From the NCBI GenBank assembly GCA_024710355.1, contig JANJUX010000047.1, forward strand, positions 2,542 through 66,541: 64,000 bases of DNA. Direction: 5' to 3'. Below are positions 8,252 to 16,775 of this stretch, in pieces. The notes beneath the pieces are model-generated. The model was not told where the DNA came from. It did no database searches and was given only the letters and a program-made list of their open reading frames with translations. Within the stretch, counting starts at the first letter, position 1, and every line of letters begins with the position of its first letter. Both the position numbers and the translations under genes were made by a program. The DNA comes from Candidatus Rifleibacteriota bacterium. Its GTDB lineage: Bacteria > Muiribacteriota > Ozemobacteria > Ozemobacterales > Ozemobacteraceae.

Positions 8252-8818
8252 CTAGCGCTTTTTGCCCGAAACTATGTGGCTGAGGTTCATAATTTCGCGA
8301 TAGTCGATGATCTTTGCTCCCAGTTTGCTTTCCGGCCAGTACTTGTAGACGTCGCTGAGAATCTGAAATGCCGGCGATGCGTATTTTTTAAAGGGAACAT
8401 TCACGACTACGGATCTGCATCTTTCAGTAAGGTCTTTGAGCAGATCACGAAAGCCCGCGAGGCGATCGGGATAACGCCAGTAAGGGTGAACTTTGTTATA
8501 CAAAACCTCGATATATTGCCAGTAGGCCGGCATCAGCCCCGGAATTTCGCGGTCTTCAGGAAACCCGCGTTTTAAGGCTTCGAGATAGAAGAGATAGGCC
8601 TTCTGCAGGCTTTTCTCACCTTTCAGGGTGATGCTGACAACCATGCCACCGCCAAACTGCTGAGAAATTTTCTTTTCGAGTTCGGCTTTAAAATCAAGGG
8701 CGCCGATGCACTGACGGTAGTCTTCGAACCAGTAGTGAGCCTGCAGCCCAAGACACAGCTGGTTGTCTGGGTATTTGCCAGCCAGTTCTTCGAGCCACGG
8801 GGTCACGTCATTGAACAC
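8252..8818 (-). CDS. Hypothetical protein; start uncertain
   Basis: 188-aa ORF from GTG; the frame stays open for 39 more codons upstream without a start codon, so it may be 5'-truncated. Confidence 0.5.
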   Translation of the reverse strand: MFNDVTPWLEELAGKYPDNQLCLGLQAHYWFEDYRQCIGALDFKAELEKKISQQFGGGMVVSITLKGEKSLQKAYLFYLEALKRGFPEDREIPGLMPAYWQYIEVLYNKVHPYWRYPDRLAGFRDLLKDLTERCRSVVVNVPFKKYASPAFQILSDVYKYWPESKLGAKIIDYREIMNLSHIVSGKKR

Positions 8819-8994
8819 TCCCTCAAGCAGCCATCTGTGAAGAAGGCTTATTTTAGCTGCAAAATAAACAGCTTTACTGTCATCTGAGCCCAGTATGAGG
8901 TCATCTTCATCACAATGTACCCCCGGTGGTGAATCTCACGAGCATTAATTATAGCAATTATTCTGAACTGCCGGGAGCGCAGCCGGCAAAAATT

Positions 8995-10338
8995 TTACCT
9001 GGCAAGTAACCCATGCTTTTTTAATTTATAAATCAGGTTGCGGCGGCTCATACCGAGATATTCCGCTGTCTGAACACGGTTGCCATCGAATCTGGCGAGA
9101 GCTTCGACAAGAGCTTTTTTTTCGGCCTCTTCAAGAGTGCCGGCTTTTGCCTCATTTTGTGGCTGTTTTCCAAGCCCGTGCAGGTTTTCTGATTTGAGAA
9201 TATCTTCTTCACAAAGCAGTACCGAGGCCTCGATGATATTGCCGAGTTCTCTGATATTGCCGGGCCATTCGTAACTCAGCAGGGCTTCTTTTGTTTCCTG
9301 GCTGAATTTTGGCGCTTGTTTGCCAAAACGTTGAGCGGCTTCGGCGGCGAATTTTTCTGCGAGAAAAATCACGTCTTCCGGCCTTTCTCTGAGGGGCGGA
9401 ATATGAATGCTGAACACGGAAATGCGGTAATAAAGATCTTCTCTGAAGGCCCCGGTCTGGCAATGTGCCTTCAGGTCGCGGTTGGTCGCTGCAATCAGGC
9501 GGGCATTGAATTTGATCATCTGAGCACCGCCGACACGTCTGAATTCTTTTTCCTGCAGGGCGCGCAGCAGTTTTGGCTGCAGATTGATCGACATTTCGCC
9601 GATTTCGTCGAGAAAGAGCGTTGAATTGTCGGCGAGTTCAAACTGCCCGGTTTTTCTTTCGGAGGCTCCGGTAAAAGCGCCTTTCTCATGGCCGAACAGT
9701 TCACTTTCGAGAAGGGTCTCGACGATGGCGGCGCAGTTGACCGAGACCATTTCGGCGGCAGCCCGCTGGCTGTGCATATGAATGAATTCAGCCATGCGTT
9801 CTTTGCCGGTGCCCGATTCGCCGGTTATCAGCACAGTAACGTCGGTGCCGGCGACTTTAGCCGCCGTTTCCAGAAGTTTTTTCATTTTTGGCGAGGCGCA
9901 GGGGAACGGGTCGATGTTTTTTTTGATAGCGATTTTATGATTCTGCTGATTTTTCAGGCGGTGCAGATCAAGAACGCGGTTAACAGTAATAACCAGGTCG
10001 TCGATGTGTGGCAGCGGCTTGGTAAGATAATCAGAAGCCCCTTCTTTGATGGCCTCCACTGCCGACGGAATCGAGCCATGTGCGGTCAGAAAAATTACCG
10101 GCAGGCCCGGAATCTTCTCGTGCAGCCGGTGCATCAGTTCGCGGCCGTCGATGCCCGGCATAACCAGATCGAGAACTGCCAGATCTATCGCCCGTCTGAG
10201 TGTAATTTCGAGCGCTTCGCGACCTGAGCCGGCTACCAGAACCTCAAAACCGGCATCGGAAAGAACGGTGCTCAGCATGCTTCTGAATGATGATTCGTCG
10301 TCTACTACCAGAACCGTATTGCGAATTTCTTTTTTCAT
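8995..10338 (-). CDS. Sigma-54-dependent response regulator (NtrC/ZraR/AtoC family)
   Basis: Receiver (VVDDE, LDLVMP), GESGTGKE, GHEKGAFTGA, LDEIGEM, WPGNIREL, Fis HTH. Confidence 0.95.
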   Translation of the reverse strand: MKKEIRNTVLVVDDESSFRSMLSTVLSDAGFEVLVAGSGREALEITLRRAIDLAVLDLVMPGIDGRELMHRLHEKIPGLPVIFLTAHGSIPSAVEAIKEGASDYLTKPLPHIDDLVITVNRVLDLHRLKNQQNHKIAIKKNIDPFPCASPKMKKLLETAAKVAGTDVTVLITGESGTGKERMAEFIHMHSQRAAAEMVSVNCAAIVETLLESELFGHEKGAFTGASERKTGQFELADNSTLFLDEIGEMSINLQPKLLRALQEKEFRRVGGAQMIKFNARLIAATNRDLKAHCQTGAFREDLYYRISVFSIHIPPLRERPEDVIFLAEKFAAEAAQRFGKQAPKFSQETKEALLSYEWPGNIRELGNIIEASVLLCEEDILKSENLHGLGKQPQNEAKAGTLEEAEKKALVEALARFDGNRVQTAEYLGMSRRNLIYKLKKHGLLAR

Positions 10339-11744
10339 ACTTTATTTACCTGTGGCAGGCTGAATTCTGCGACGATAGAGCGGTCCGCGCTATTGACAAG
10401 ACAGAGGCTGCCACCCATTGAATTGGCCAGTTTGCGGCTGATCGGCAGCCCTAGGCCGTAACCGTGGGCTTTGGAAGAAACAAATGGCTCGAAAATTTCT
10501 TCTAGGCGTTTTTCTGACATCGGTTCGCCGGGATTCGTGACTTTTATGCTGACATTCTGCCCGGGTTGAACTATCTCGACGCTTATTGGCAAATTTTCTG
10601 CTTCGGTTGCGTCGGCAGCATTTTTGAGAAGATTCAAAAATACCTGTTTGACGGCATTCTCGTCGCCAATGCATAAAACCGGCCCTTCCGGCAGTCTTAA
10701 ATCAAATTTCACTTCCGGGTTCTGCTGCTGAAAAAGCTTGAGTGTCTCGTTGACCACCAAATTGATATCGATTCGGGCAGGATTGATTACGGGTGGGCGT
10801 GAAAAGTCGAGAATGCCGCCGGTCAGACTGTCGAGACGGAAAGTTTCCTGTTCGATGGTTCTGGCCATGGCAAGCTGATTCTCATCGTTGAGCTTTTTCT
10901 GCAGAATTTGAGCCATGCCGCGAATTGCTCCGAGCGGGTTGCGAATTTCGTGAGCCAGCCTTGCCGACATCTGGCCGATTGTTGCAAGATGTGATTCTTT
11001 CTGAATTTCCGTCATAAGTCTGGCTGTTCTTCTTTGAAACATCAGAACCAGACCCCAGAGCAGGGTCAGGGCAAGCCATACGGCAGGCCAGAGCCAGGTC
11101 TGATAGACAAGCGGCATAATCAGCTGTCTGTCTGAATTCCGGAATACGAACATAATGCTCATTCTTGGCATTTGACCAGAACTCAATGCCGTAGATTGAT
11201 CATTCGATTCGCCATCTGATCTCATCCAGCGCGGCCCTCTGCCGCTGCCTCCGCCGTTGCCATCATGTGCCCTTCGTCTGCCGTTTTCGCTGGTGGCCCC
11301 CGGCCCGAAGAAGCGGCGATAAAGCGAGAACTGTTCATTGAGAACGGCTGCACCGGTTTCGTGCGGTAATTGTCCGGTATGCAATTCGAAACCTGGAAGC
11401 CTGCTGTAACTTGCGACGATTTCTGAACCCTGCATCAGAAAAGCGGCGATAACCTGAGGAAATGGGTCGACCAGAGACACAAGTTCTTCTGGTTGCTGCA
11501 GCAGCTGGCCTGGTGATATCGGGCCTTCGTGAATAATTTCTGTGTAAAGTTCTTTGCCATCGCGCTCGGCTGCCCACTGGCGCAGTGGCTCAATGCGGCT
11601 GGCGTTCCAGCCTGAAAGAATGAAGGCCAGAATGCCTGATGCGATTATCAGAACCGGGGTAAGGGCCAGCATCAATTTTTGCGGCGTTGCGCCCGGGTTC
11701 CTGGTATTTTTGTGTCCGTCTGAATTGGAATTAGTGTTGATCAT
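10335..11744 (-). CDS. Membrane sensor histidine kinase
   Basis: Two TM segments, LAHEIRNPL H-box, NLLKNA N-box, GYGLGL G-box; 4-nt overlap with the regulator. Confidence 0.93.
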   Translation of the reverse strand: MINTNSNSDGHKNTRNPGATPQKLMLALTPVLIIASGILAFILSGWNASRIEPLRQWAAERDGKELYTEIIHEGPISPGQLLQQPEELVSLVDPFPQVIAAFLMQGSEIVASYSRLPGFELHTGQLPHETGAAVLNEQFSLYRRFFGPGATSENGRRRAHDGNGGGSGRGPRWMRSDGESNDQSTALSSGQMPRMSIMFVFRNSDRQLIMPLVYQTWLWPAVWLALTLLWGLVLMFQRRTARLMTEIQKESHLATIGQMSARLAHEIRNPLGAIRGMAQILQKKLNDENQLAMARTIEQETFRLDSLTGGILDFSRPPVINPARIDINLVVNETLKLFQQQNPEVKFDLRLPEGPVLCIGDENAVKQVFLNLLKNAADATEAENLPISVEIVQPGQNVSIKVTNPGEPMSEKRLEEIFEPFVSSKAHGYGLGLPISRKLANSMGGSLCLVNSADRSIVAEFSLPQVNKV

Positions 11745-11964
11745 ACCGGCCTTTGTTTTACAAGATTGTAATCCCTGTGTCTATCAATCAGCAAATTCTG
11801 TTCCAGATATGTATTGAAAGCTTTTTGTCTGGCCTGTGCCGCACGCAGTCGCAAGCAAAGCAGAAAAGCACGGCTGTCAGTAGGGCGTGTGGCAAGATGC
11901 TGGAGAAATCAGCTGCTCAGGCTGGTCTACAAAACATATTTTTAGGCTGCTGTTTTGCTACGGC

Positions 11965-12003
11965 GTGCAAGGCTTTGCACTTTTTAGGTGCAGAATCTTG
12001 CAC
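11965..12003. promoter_or_regulatory. Tandem palindromic enhancer sites GTGCA-N6-TGCAC
   Basis: GTGCAAGGCTTTGCAC (11965-11980) and GTGCAGAATCTTGCAC (11988-12003), about 90-125 bp upstream of a sigma-54 promoter. Confidence 0.7.
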
Positions 12004-12090
12004 GCATTTTTCTGACCGTGGCCCATACATTTTGTGTGTGTTCTTCTTAAACCAGCTTTGAAAGCCGATTTTACCAGTGCTGAAAAAATC

Positions 12091-12106
12091 TGGCACGACC
12101 GTTGCA
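12091..12106 (+). promoter_or_regulatory. Sigma-54 (-24/-12) promoter
   Basis: TGGCAC-GACCG-TTGCA exact consensus, 33 nt before ATG 12140. Confidence 0.85.
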
Positions 12107-12139
12107 ATGACATATTTGTTCGCAAAATCACCGGAGGTT

Positions 12140-12841
12140 ATGAAATTGAAAAAACTGATTCTTTTCGTTGCAATGATGTCGTTAATGGCTCTTTTTACCG
12201 GTTGCGCCAGCACTGGTTCGGGTTCGTCCGATCTTGCCTATACACCGCCTGATGAAGAGATTGCTGCAATCGAAGCCAGTCTTCTGGTCGATCGCACGCT
12301 GGCCGCTTCAGTAATCAGCGCTGACGAAGGTATGAGCCTCAGAGCTGTTACTGATGGCCTGAGCGGTTCTAAACGTTATCGCAACCGCAGCTATCATGTG
12401 CAGGGCGCGAATGGTGGCATGGGTCTTCGCAGAGGCGACGGCAGTTGCAATGCGATTGTAACCGCTGACGGGGTAACGGTTGGCACTGAGCAATGCAGTG
12501 TTGTGAAACAGGCCGATGGTTCCCTGCAGATCACCCGCGGTAATGGTACGGTAATTACTACACCGACTCCTGCTGCTGCTGATGGCATGCCGGCAACCAT
12601 GACGGTTGATGGTGTTGAGTGGCAGGTCACTTTTGGTAGTGAAGAAGGGGCGCCGCTGGCAACTTTGCGCAATATGCGTTCCGGAATGCTTCTTACCATC
12701 AGCGAACTCGATGATGGCAGTCTGACAATCGTCAGAGACAGTTCAGAAGTTTATCAGGGCCGCTGGGCAAATGATGGTGACATTGAATTCACTGACCGGC
12801 AGGGGCAGCATAAGCGCTATCGCTACGGACGCAACAGGTGA
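12140..12841 (+). CDS. Predicted lipoprotein, beta-rich, unknown function
   Basis: MKLKKLILFVAMMSLMALFTG-C lipobox; GGAGG RBS; the start must lie downstream of the sigma-54 promoter. Confidence 0.8.
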   Translation: MKLKKLILFVAMMSLMALFTGCASTGSGSSDLAYTPPDEEIAAIEASLLVDRTLAASVISADEGMSLRAVTDGLSGSKRYRNRSYHVQGANGGMGLRRGDGSCNAIVTADGVTVGTEQCSVVKQADGSLQITRGNGTVITTPTPAAADGMPATMTVDGVEWQVTFGSEEGAPLATLRNMRSGMLLTISELDDGSLTIVRDSSEVYQGRWANDGDIEFTDRQGQHKRYRYGRNR

Positions 12842-12879
12842 GCCAACTTGTATCGATAAAATCAAATGGAGGTAGGTCT

Positions 12880-13338
12880 ATGAAAAAGCTCAGTATTGTA
12901 ATGATCGTAACTGTGTTTCTTGGCCTTGGTGTCGTAATGGCTCAGACTTCAGACAGCTCTGCTCAAAGTAAGGCTGTTATAAGTTCAACTTCAGACTCCA
13001 GTTCTTCAACAACTGTGCAGACTAGCCCCGTCAAGTGTACTGGTGAGGGTCGCGGCTACGGCGATGGCAGCAAACCTCGGCCGAGAGACGGTACCGGGTT
13101 TGGTGCAAAATCTGGTAACCGCCAGAAACGCAACGCCAGTCTTGGTCAGGGTAATGGAAACGGACTGAAGAATGGTCTCGGCCAGGGTCAGTGTAAGGGG
13201 CGCTGCAGCTCAGGTTGCCAGAAGAATGGCAACAGCAGAGGTAATGGCAAGAGCACTGGCAAGGGTAACGGTCAGAGACTGCAAAAACGCGACGGTTCGT
13301 GCGGTATCGCATCAACAACTGCGCCTTTGAGTAAGTAA
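12880..13338 (+). CDS. Secreted Gly/Asn/Lys-rich low-complexity protein with Cys-containing RDG motifs
   Basis: Signal peptide; GRGYGDGSKPRPRDGTG, GQCKGRCSSGC, QRLQKRDGSCG; GGAGG RBS. Confidence 0.75.
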   Translation: MKKLSIVMIVTVFLGLGVVMAQTSDSSAQSKAVISSTSDSSSSTTVQTSPVKCTGEGRGYGDGSKPRPRDGTGFGAKSGNRQKRNASLGQGNGNGLKNGLGQGQCKGRCSSGCQKNGNSRGNGKSTGKGNGQRLQKRDGSCGIASTTAPLSK

Positions 13339-13358
13339 GAATCGGGCATTTTAAATGC

Positions 13359-13392
13359 AAAACGCCGGTCTGCAGCTGCAGACCGGCGTTTT
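13359..13392. terminator. Perfect 34-nt palindrome, bidirectional terminator
   Basis: AAAACGCCGGTCTGCAGCTGCAGACCGGCGTTTT between convergent genes. Confidence 0.8.
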
Positions 13393-13404
13393 CACAATTA
13401 AACC

Positions 13405-15492
13405 TTATTTGTCTTTGGTTGGACGCAGAATTTTGGTGGCGACGCTTTCCGGTACTTCGACATAGTGCATTACTTCCATGCTGAAGCTGGCGCGGCCCTG
13501 TGAGAGCGAGCGCAGGTGCGTCGAGTAGTTGAACATTTCGGCGAGCGGCACATGGCATTCGATGGTGCGCATGTCGGCGCGCATTTCCATGTTGACGACC
13601 TTGCCGCGGCGAGAATTGATATTGCCGATGATATCACCGAGATATTGTTCGGGAGTCTCGATTTCGACACGGGTGTATGGTTCGAGCATCATCGGTGAAG
13701 CCTTGGCCAGGCCAAGTTTCATAGCTTCGATGGCTGCGGTTCTGAAAGCGATGATGCTGCTGTCGACTTCGTGATACGAGCCGTCGAGCAGAGTGACTTT
13801 AACATCGGTAACCGGCTTTTTGGCGAGTGGGCCTTCTGTGAGAGCGGCGCGAACACCCTGTTCAACAGCCGGGAAGAAAGTCGAAGGCACGGTGCCGCCC
13901 TTGACGTTGGTTTCGAAAATGAAGCCGCCGCCGCGTGGCAATGGTTCGATTTCCATGATTACATGACCATACTGGCCGCGGCCGCCGGTCTGTTTGGCAC
14001 ATTTGCCTTCAGTCGGCACACCTTTTTTGATGCCTTCACGATAAGCAACCTGCGGAGCGCCTACGGTTGCCTGTACGTTGAATTCACGCAGAATGCGGTC
14101 AACGATGATTTCGAGATGCAGTTCACCCATGCCGGCAATGATGGTTTCGCCGGTTTCTTCATCCATCGACGCTTTGAAGGTCGGGTCTTCGTCCATCAGA
14201 GTGTGCAAAACGGTGCTGAGCTTGGTAAGATCGGCCTTGGTTTTTGGCTCGATGGCGACCGAAATAACGGTTTCGGGGAAAGTGATCTTTTCGAGAACCG
14301 GCGCGTCTTTGTCATGCGCCAGGGTGTCGCCGGTGCCGATGCGTTTCATGCCGACGATAGCCACGATATCACCGGCCTGGGCGGTTTCGAGATCCTGGCG
14401 CTGGTTGGCGTGCATCTGCAGAATTCTGCCGACGCGCTCTTTGGTGCCGCGGGTGACGTTATAGATCTGGTCGCCGACATTGAGGGTGCCGGCGTAGATG
14501 CGGGTATAAACGAGTTTGCCGATATGCGGCATCGACGCAACCTTGAAGGCCATGGCGGCCAGCGGCAGGTTCGGGTCGGCGGCAATGGTGAGTTCTTCGT
14601 CGGTGACCTGATTGAAGGCGATAGAAGCCGGAATGTCTAGCGGTGACGGCAGGTAGGCGACAATCGCGTCGAGAAGTGCCTGGACACCCTTGTTGCGGAA
14701 GGCAGAGCCGCACAGTACCGGCACCACTTTCCCATCGATCGTGGCAGAGCGCAAAGCTTTGGTGATCAGTTCAATTTCGATCGGTTCTTCGGCCATGTAG
14801 CGTTCGAGGATCTCATCGTTGCAGGTCGCGAGGGTGTCGATCAGCTGATGATGAGCTGCAGCTGCGGCGGCCTGCAGGTCTGCCGGAATTTCCGATTCGA
14901 CCATCTGGCCGGCCGGATCTTTCTCTGATGGAGCCCAGATGCGGGCAGTCATTTTTACGAGATCGATATGCCCCAGATAATTTTCTTCACTGCCGATCGG
15001 CATGGTGAGGACTACCGGCTGGGCTTTGAGTCTTTCTTTGATCTGGGTGACGACGCGCTCGAAATTGGCGCCGGTGCGGTCCATCTTGTTGACAAAAACC
15101 ATTCTCGGCACGCGATATTTGTCGGCCTGGCGCCAGACGGTTTCTGACTGCGGCTGTACGCCGGCAACGGCGCAGAGCAGCACGACACAGCCGTCAAGAA
15201 CGCGCAGTGAGCGTTCAACTTCGGCAGTAAAATCAACGTGGCCTGGTGTGTCGATGATATTGATGGCGCAGTTCTGCCAGAGGCATTTGGTGGCGGCACT
15301 GGTGATGGTGATGCCGCGTTCCTGCTCCTGGATCATCCAGTCCATGGTGGCGGTACCGTCATGAGTTTCACCGATCTTGTAGTTTTTGCCGGTGAAATAA
15401 AGAATGCGCTCGGTAGTGGTGGTCTTACCAGCGTCGATGTGGGCGATAATTCCGATGTTTCTGACTCGTCGCATGTTTTCGAGTTGCTGCAT
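13405..15492 (-). CDS. fusA: Elongation factor G, stand-alone copy
   Basis: [40 protein letters not shown]; 695 aa; no rpsL/rpsG/tuf neighbours. Confidence 0.93.
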   Translation of the reverse strand: MQQLENMRRVRNIGIIAHIDAGKTTTTERILYFTGKNYKIGETHDGTATMDWMIQEQERGITITSAATKCLWQNCAINIIDTPGHVDFTAEVERSLRVLDGCVVLLCAVAGVQPQSETVWRQADKYRVPRMVFVNKMDRTGANFERVVTQIKERLKAQPVVLTMPIGSEENYLGHIDLVKMTARIWAPSEKDPAGQMVESEIPADLQAAAAAAHHQLIDTLATCNDEILERYMAEEPIEIELITKALRSATIDGKVVPVLCGSAFRNKGVQALLDAIVAYLPSPLDIPASIAFNQVTDEELTIAADPNLPLAAMAFKVASMPHIGKLVYTRIYAGTLNVGDQIYNVTRGTKERVGRILQMHANQRQDLETAQAGDIVAIVGMKRIGTGDTLAHDKDAPVLEKITFPETVISVAIEPKTKADLTKLSTVLHTLMDEDPTFKASMDEETGETIIAGMGELHLEIIVDRILREFNVQATVGAPQVAYREGIKKGVPTEGKCAKQTGGRGQYGHVIMEIEPLPRGGGFIFETNVKGGTVPSTFFPAVEQGVRAALTEGPLAKKPVTDVKVTLLDGSYHEVDSSIIAFRTAAIEAMKLGLAKASPMMLEPYTRVEIETPEQYLGDIIGNINSRRGKVVNMEMRADMRTIECHVPLAEMFNYSTHLRSLSQGRASFSMEVMHYVEVPESVATKILRPTKDK

Positions 15493-15609
15493 ATCCAGGT
15501 GTGTCCTTTATATAATCCGCGAGGAGCCTCATAACTCTGCCGACCAGAACCGGTAGAACTGCGATTCGCGTAGTAAAGATTAATACGCTCCCGTGTAAGA
15601 AGAGCAAAT

Positions 15610-15639
15610 AGTCTACACCACGCGCCGGGTACAGGTCAA
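15610..15639 (-). promoter_or_regulatory. Candidate sigma-70 promoter for fusA
   Basis: Minus strand TTGACC-N18-TAGACT, implying a 5' leader of about 110 nt. Confidence 0.4.
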
Positions 15640-15719
15640 GCATGTTGTTTTCTGGGGTCGGACCAGCGAAAAATGCGATCAGCAAAAGAAAATTGCCTTT
15701 AAAATCGTGTATTTTTATT

Positions 15720-15759
15720 CTTAGAGGGGCAATTTCGTGGTTGAAATTGCCCCTCTAAG
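15720..15759. terminator. Strong hairpin, terminator for the vWA operon
   Basis: CTTAGAGGGGCAATTTC-gtggtt-GAAATTGCCCCTCTAAG, 17-bp perfect stem. Confidence 0.8.
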
Positions 15760-15769
15760 GAATTCGAAA

Positions 15770-16762
15770 TCATTTTTTCGGCTCGATCAGGAAAGGTTTG
15801 AGCTCGGGAAACTGCAGGAAAACAGGCATGTCGAGGGCGGCCTGTTTCATAACGTCTGAGTCCTGCGTCTGGGCGAAGCCGGTTTCCATTTTGTTCTGAA
15901 AGTCCTGAATTTCTTTGCCCATGCTGGCGATCTGATCTTTTGCCGCCGCCATGTTTTCGCGGAAAACGCTGACCGACTTCTCGTCTTTCTCAACGCGTTC
16001 GCGGGCGCTTACAAGCTTACTGTAAGGCTTCTGACGATCAGCCTGCATTTTAACCAGCTTTTCTCTGGCACTTTCGAGCTGCTTTGTTTTTGCTTCGCGT
16101 TTTTTGGCGACCGCTTCTGAGGCAGCTTCGCTTTGCAGTTTTGTGATTCTGCTCTGCTGCTCAGCGATTTTTTTGTCCTGTTTGGCAAAGTATTCAGCTT
16201 CTTCGCTCTGTGCTTTTGCGAGAGCTTCACGGCTTTTTGCCAGACGGGCTTCGAGAGCGGCGAGTTTCTGGTCAACCCCGGCCATTCCCTCGGCGGCCAT
16301 ATCTGTACCGCTTCTTTTGCCGACCATGGCTGCTTTCATTTTTTCCATGTTCTGCAGCATGAGAACCTGCAGCAGTCTGATTTTGACTTCGTGAAAGTCG
16401 GTGTCACTCATGCCGGTTTCAACGCAGGCCTTTTTTTCGGCATCGATGATATTGCTGCCAAGCTGTAGAACGGTTTTGATATCTTTGACCGCTTCGTCTT
16501 TGCCGGCGGCTTTTTCAGGTGAGTTCTCGTCATTGCGCAGTTCAAGGGTGGCGGCAGTGGCTTTGCCCTGGGCGATATTCATGGTGCGGGCGAACAGTTC
16601 GACTTTTGCCCGGTCGATGACCGGCAGACCGCTGAAGCTGGCAGGCGCGGCCGCGAATAGCGCTGCGCCTGAAATCAGAAGCGCGAATATTGCCATGGTA
16701 GCCTGTTTTACAAGTTTAGTGAGACGGAACGAAAGTGTCTTGTCGATTTTTACTTTGAACAT
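15770..16762 (-). CDS. Secreted coiled-coil hypothetical protein (start may be a later Met)
   Basis: Hydrophobic N-terminal segment AIFALLISGAALFAAAPA, long K/E/A/Q heptads; 13 nt downstream of the vWA gene. Confidence 0.7.
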   Translation of the reverse strand: MFKVKIDKTLSFRLTKLVKQATMAIFALLISGAALFAAAPASFSGLPVIDRAKVELFARTMNIAQGKATAATLELRNDENSPEKAAGKDEAVKDIKTVLQLGSNIIDAEKKACVETGMSDTDFHEVKIRLLQVLMLQNMEKMKAAMVGKRSGTDMAAEGMAGVDQKLAALEARLAKSREALAKAQSEEAEYFAKQDKKIAEQQSRITKLQSEAASEAVAKKREAKTKQLESAREKLVKMQADRQKPYSKLVSARERVEKDEKSVSVFRENMAAAKDQIASMGKEIQDFQNKMETGFAQTQDSDVMKQAALDMPVFLQFPELKPFLIEPKK

Positions 16763-16775
16763 GCTGTTTCCTTAT

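Noticed and set aside
11753-12213. Two ~100-aa ORFs in the divergent intergenic region, and the 12077 start
   Set aside because: They overlap the enhancer and sigma-54 promoter; the real lipoprotein start is ATG 12140 with an RBS
13771-14640. 289-aa plus-strand ORF and similar ones opposite fusA, gnd and the response regulator
   Set aside because: Antisense to well-supported conserved genes
13405-15492. EF-G paralogue as a TetM/TetO ribosomal protection protein
   Set aside because: Length and motifs ([22 protein letters not shown]) are those of canonical EF-G
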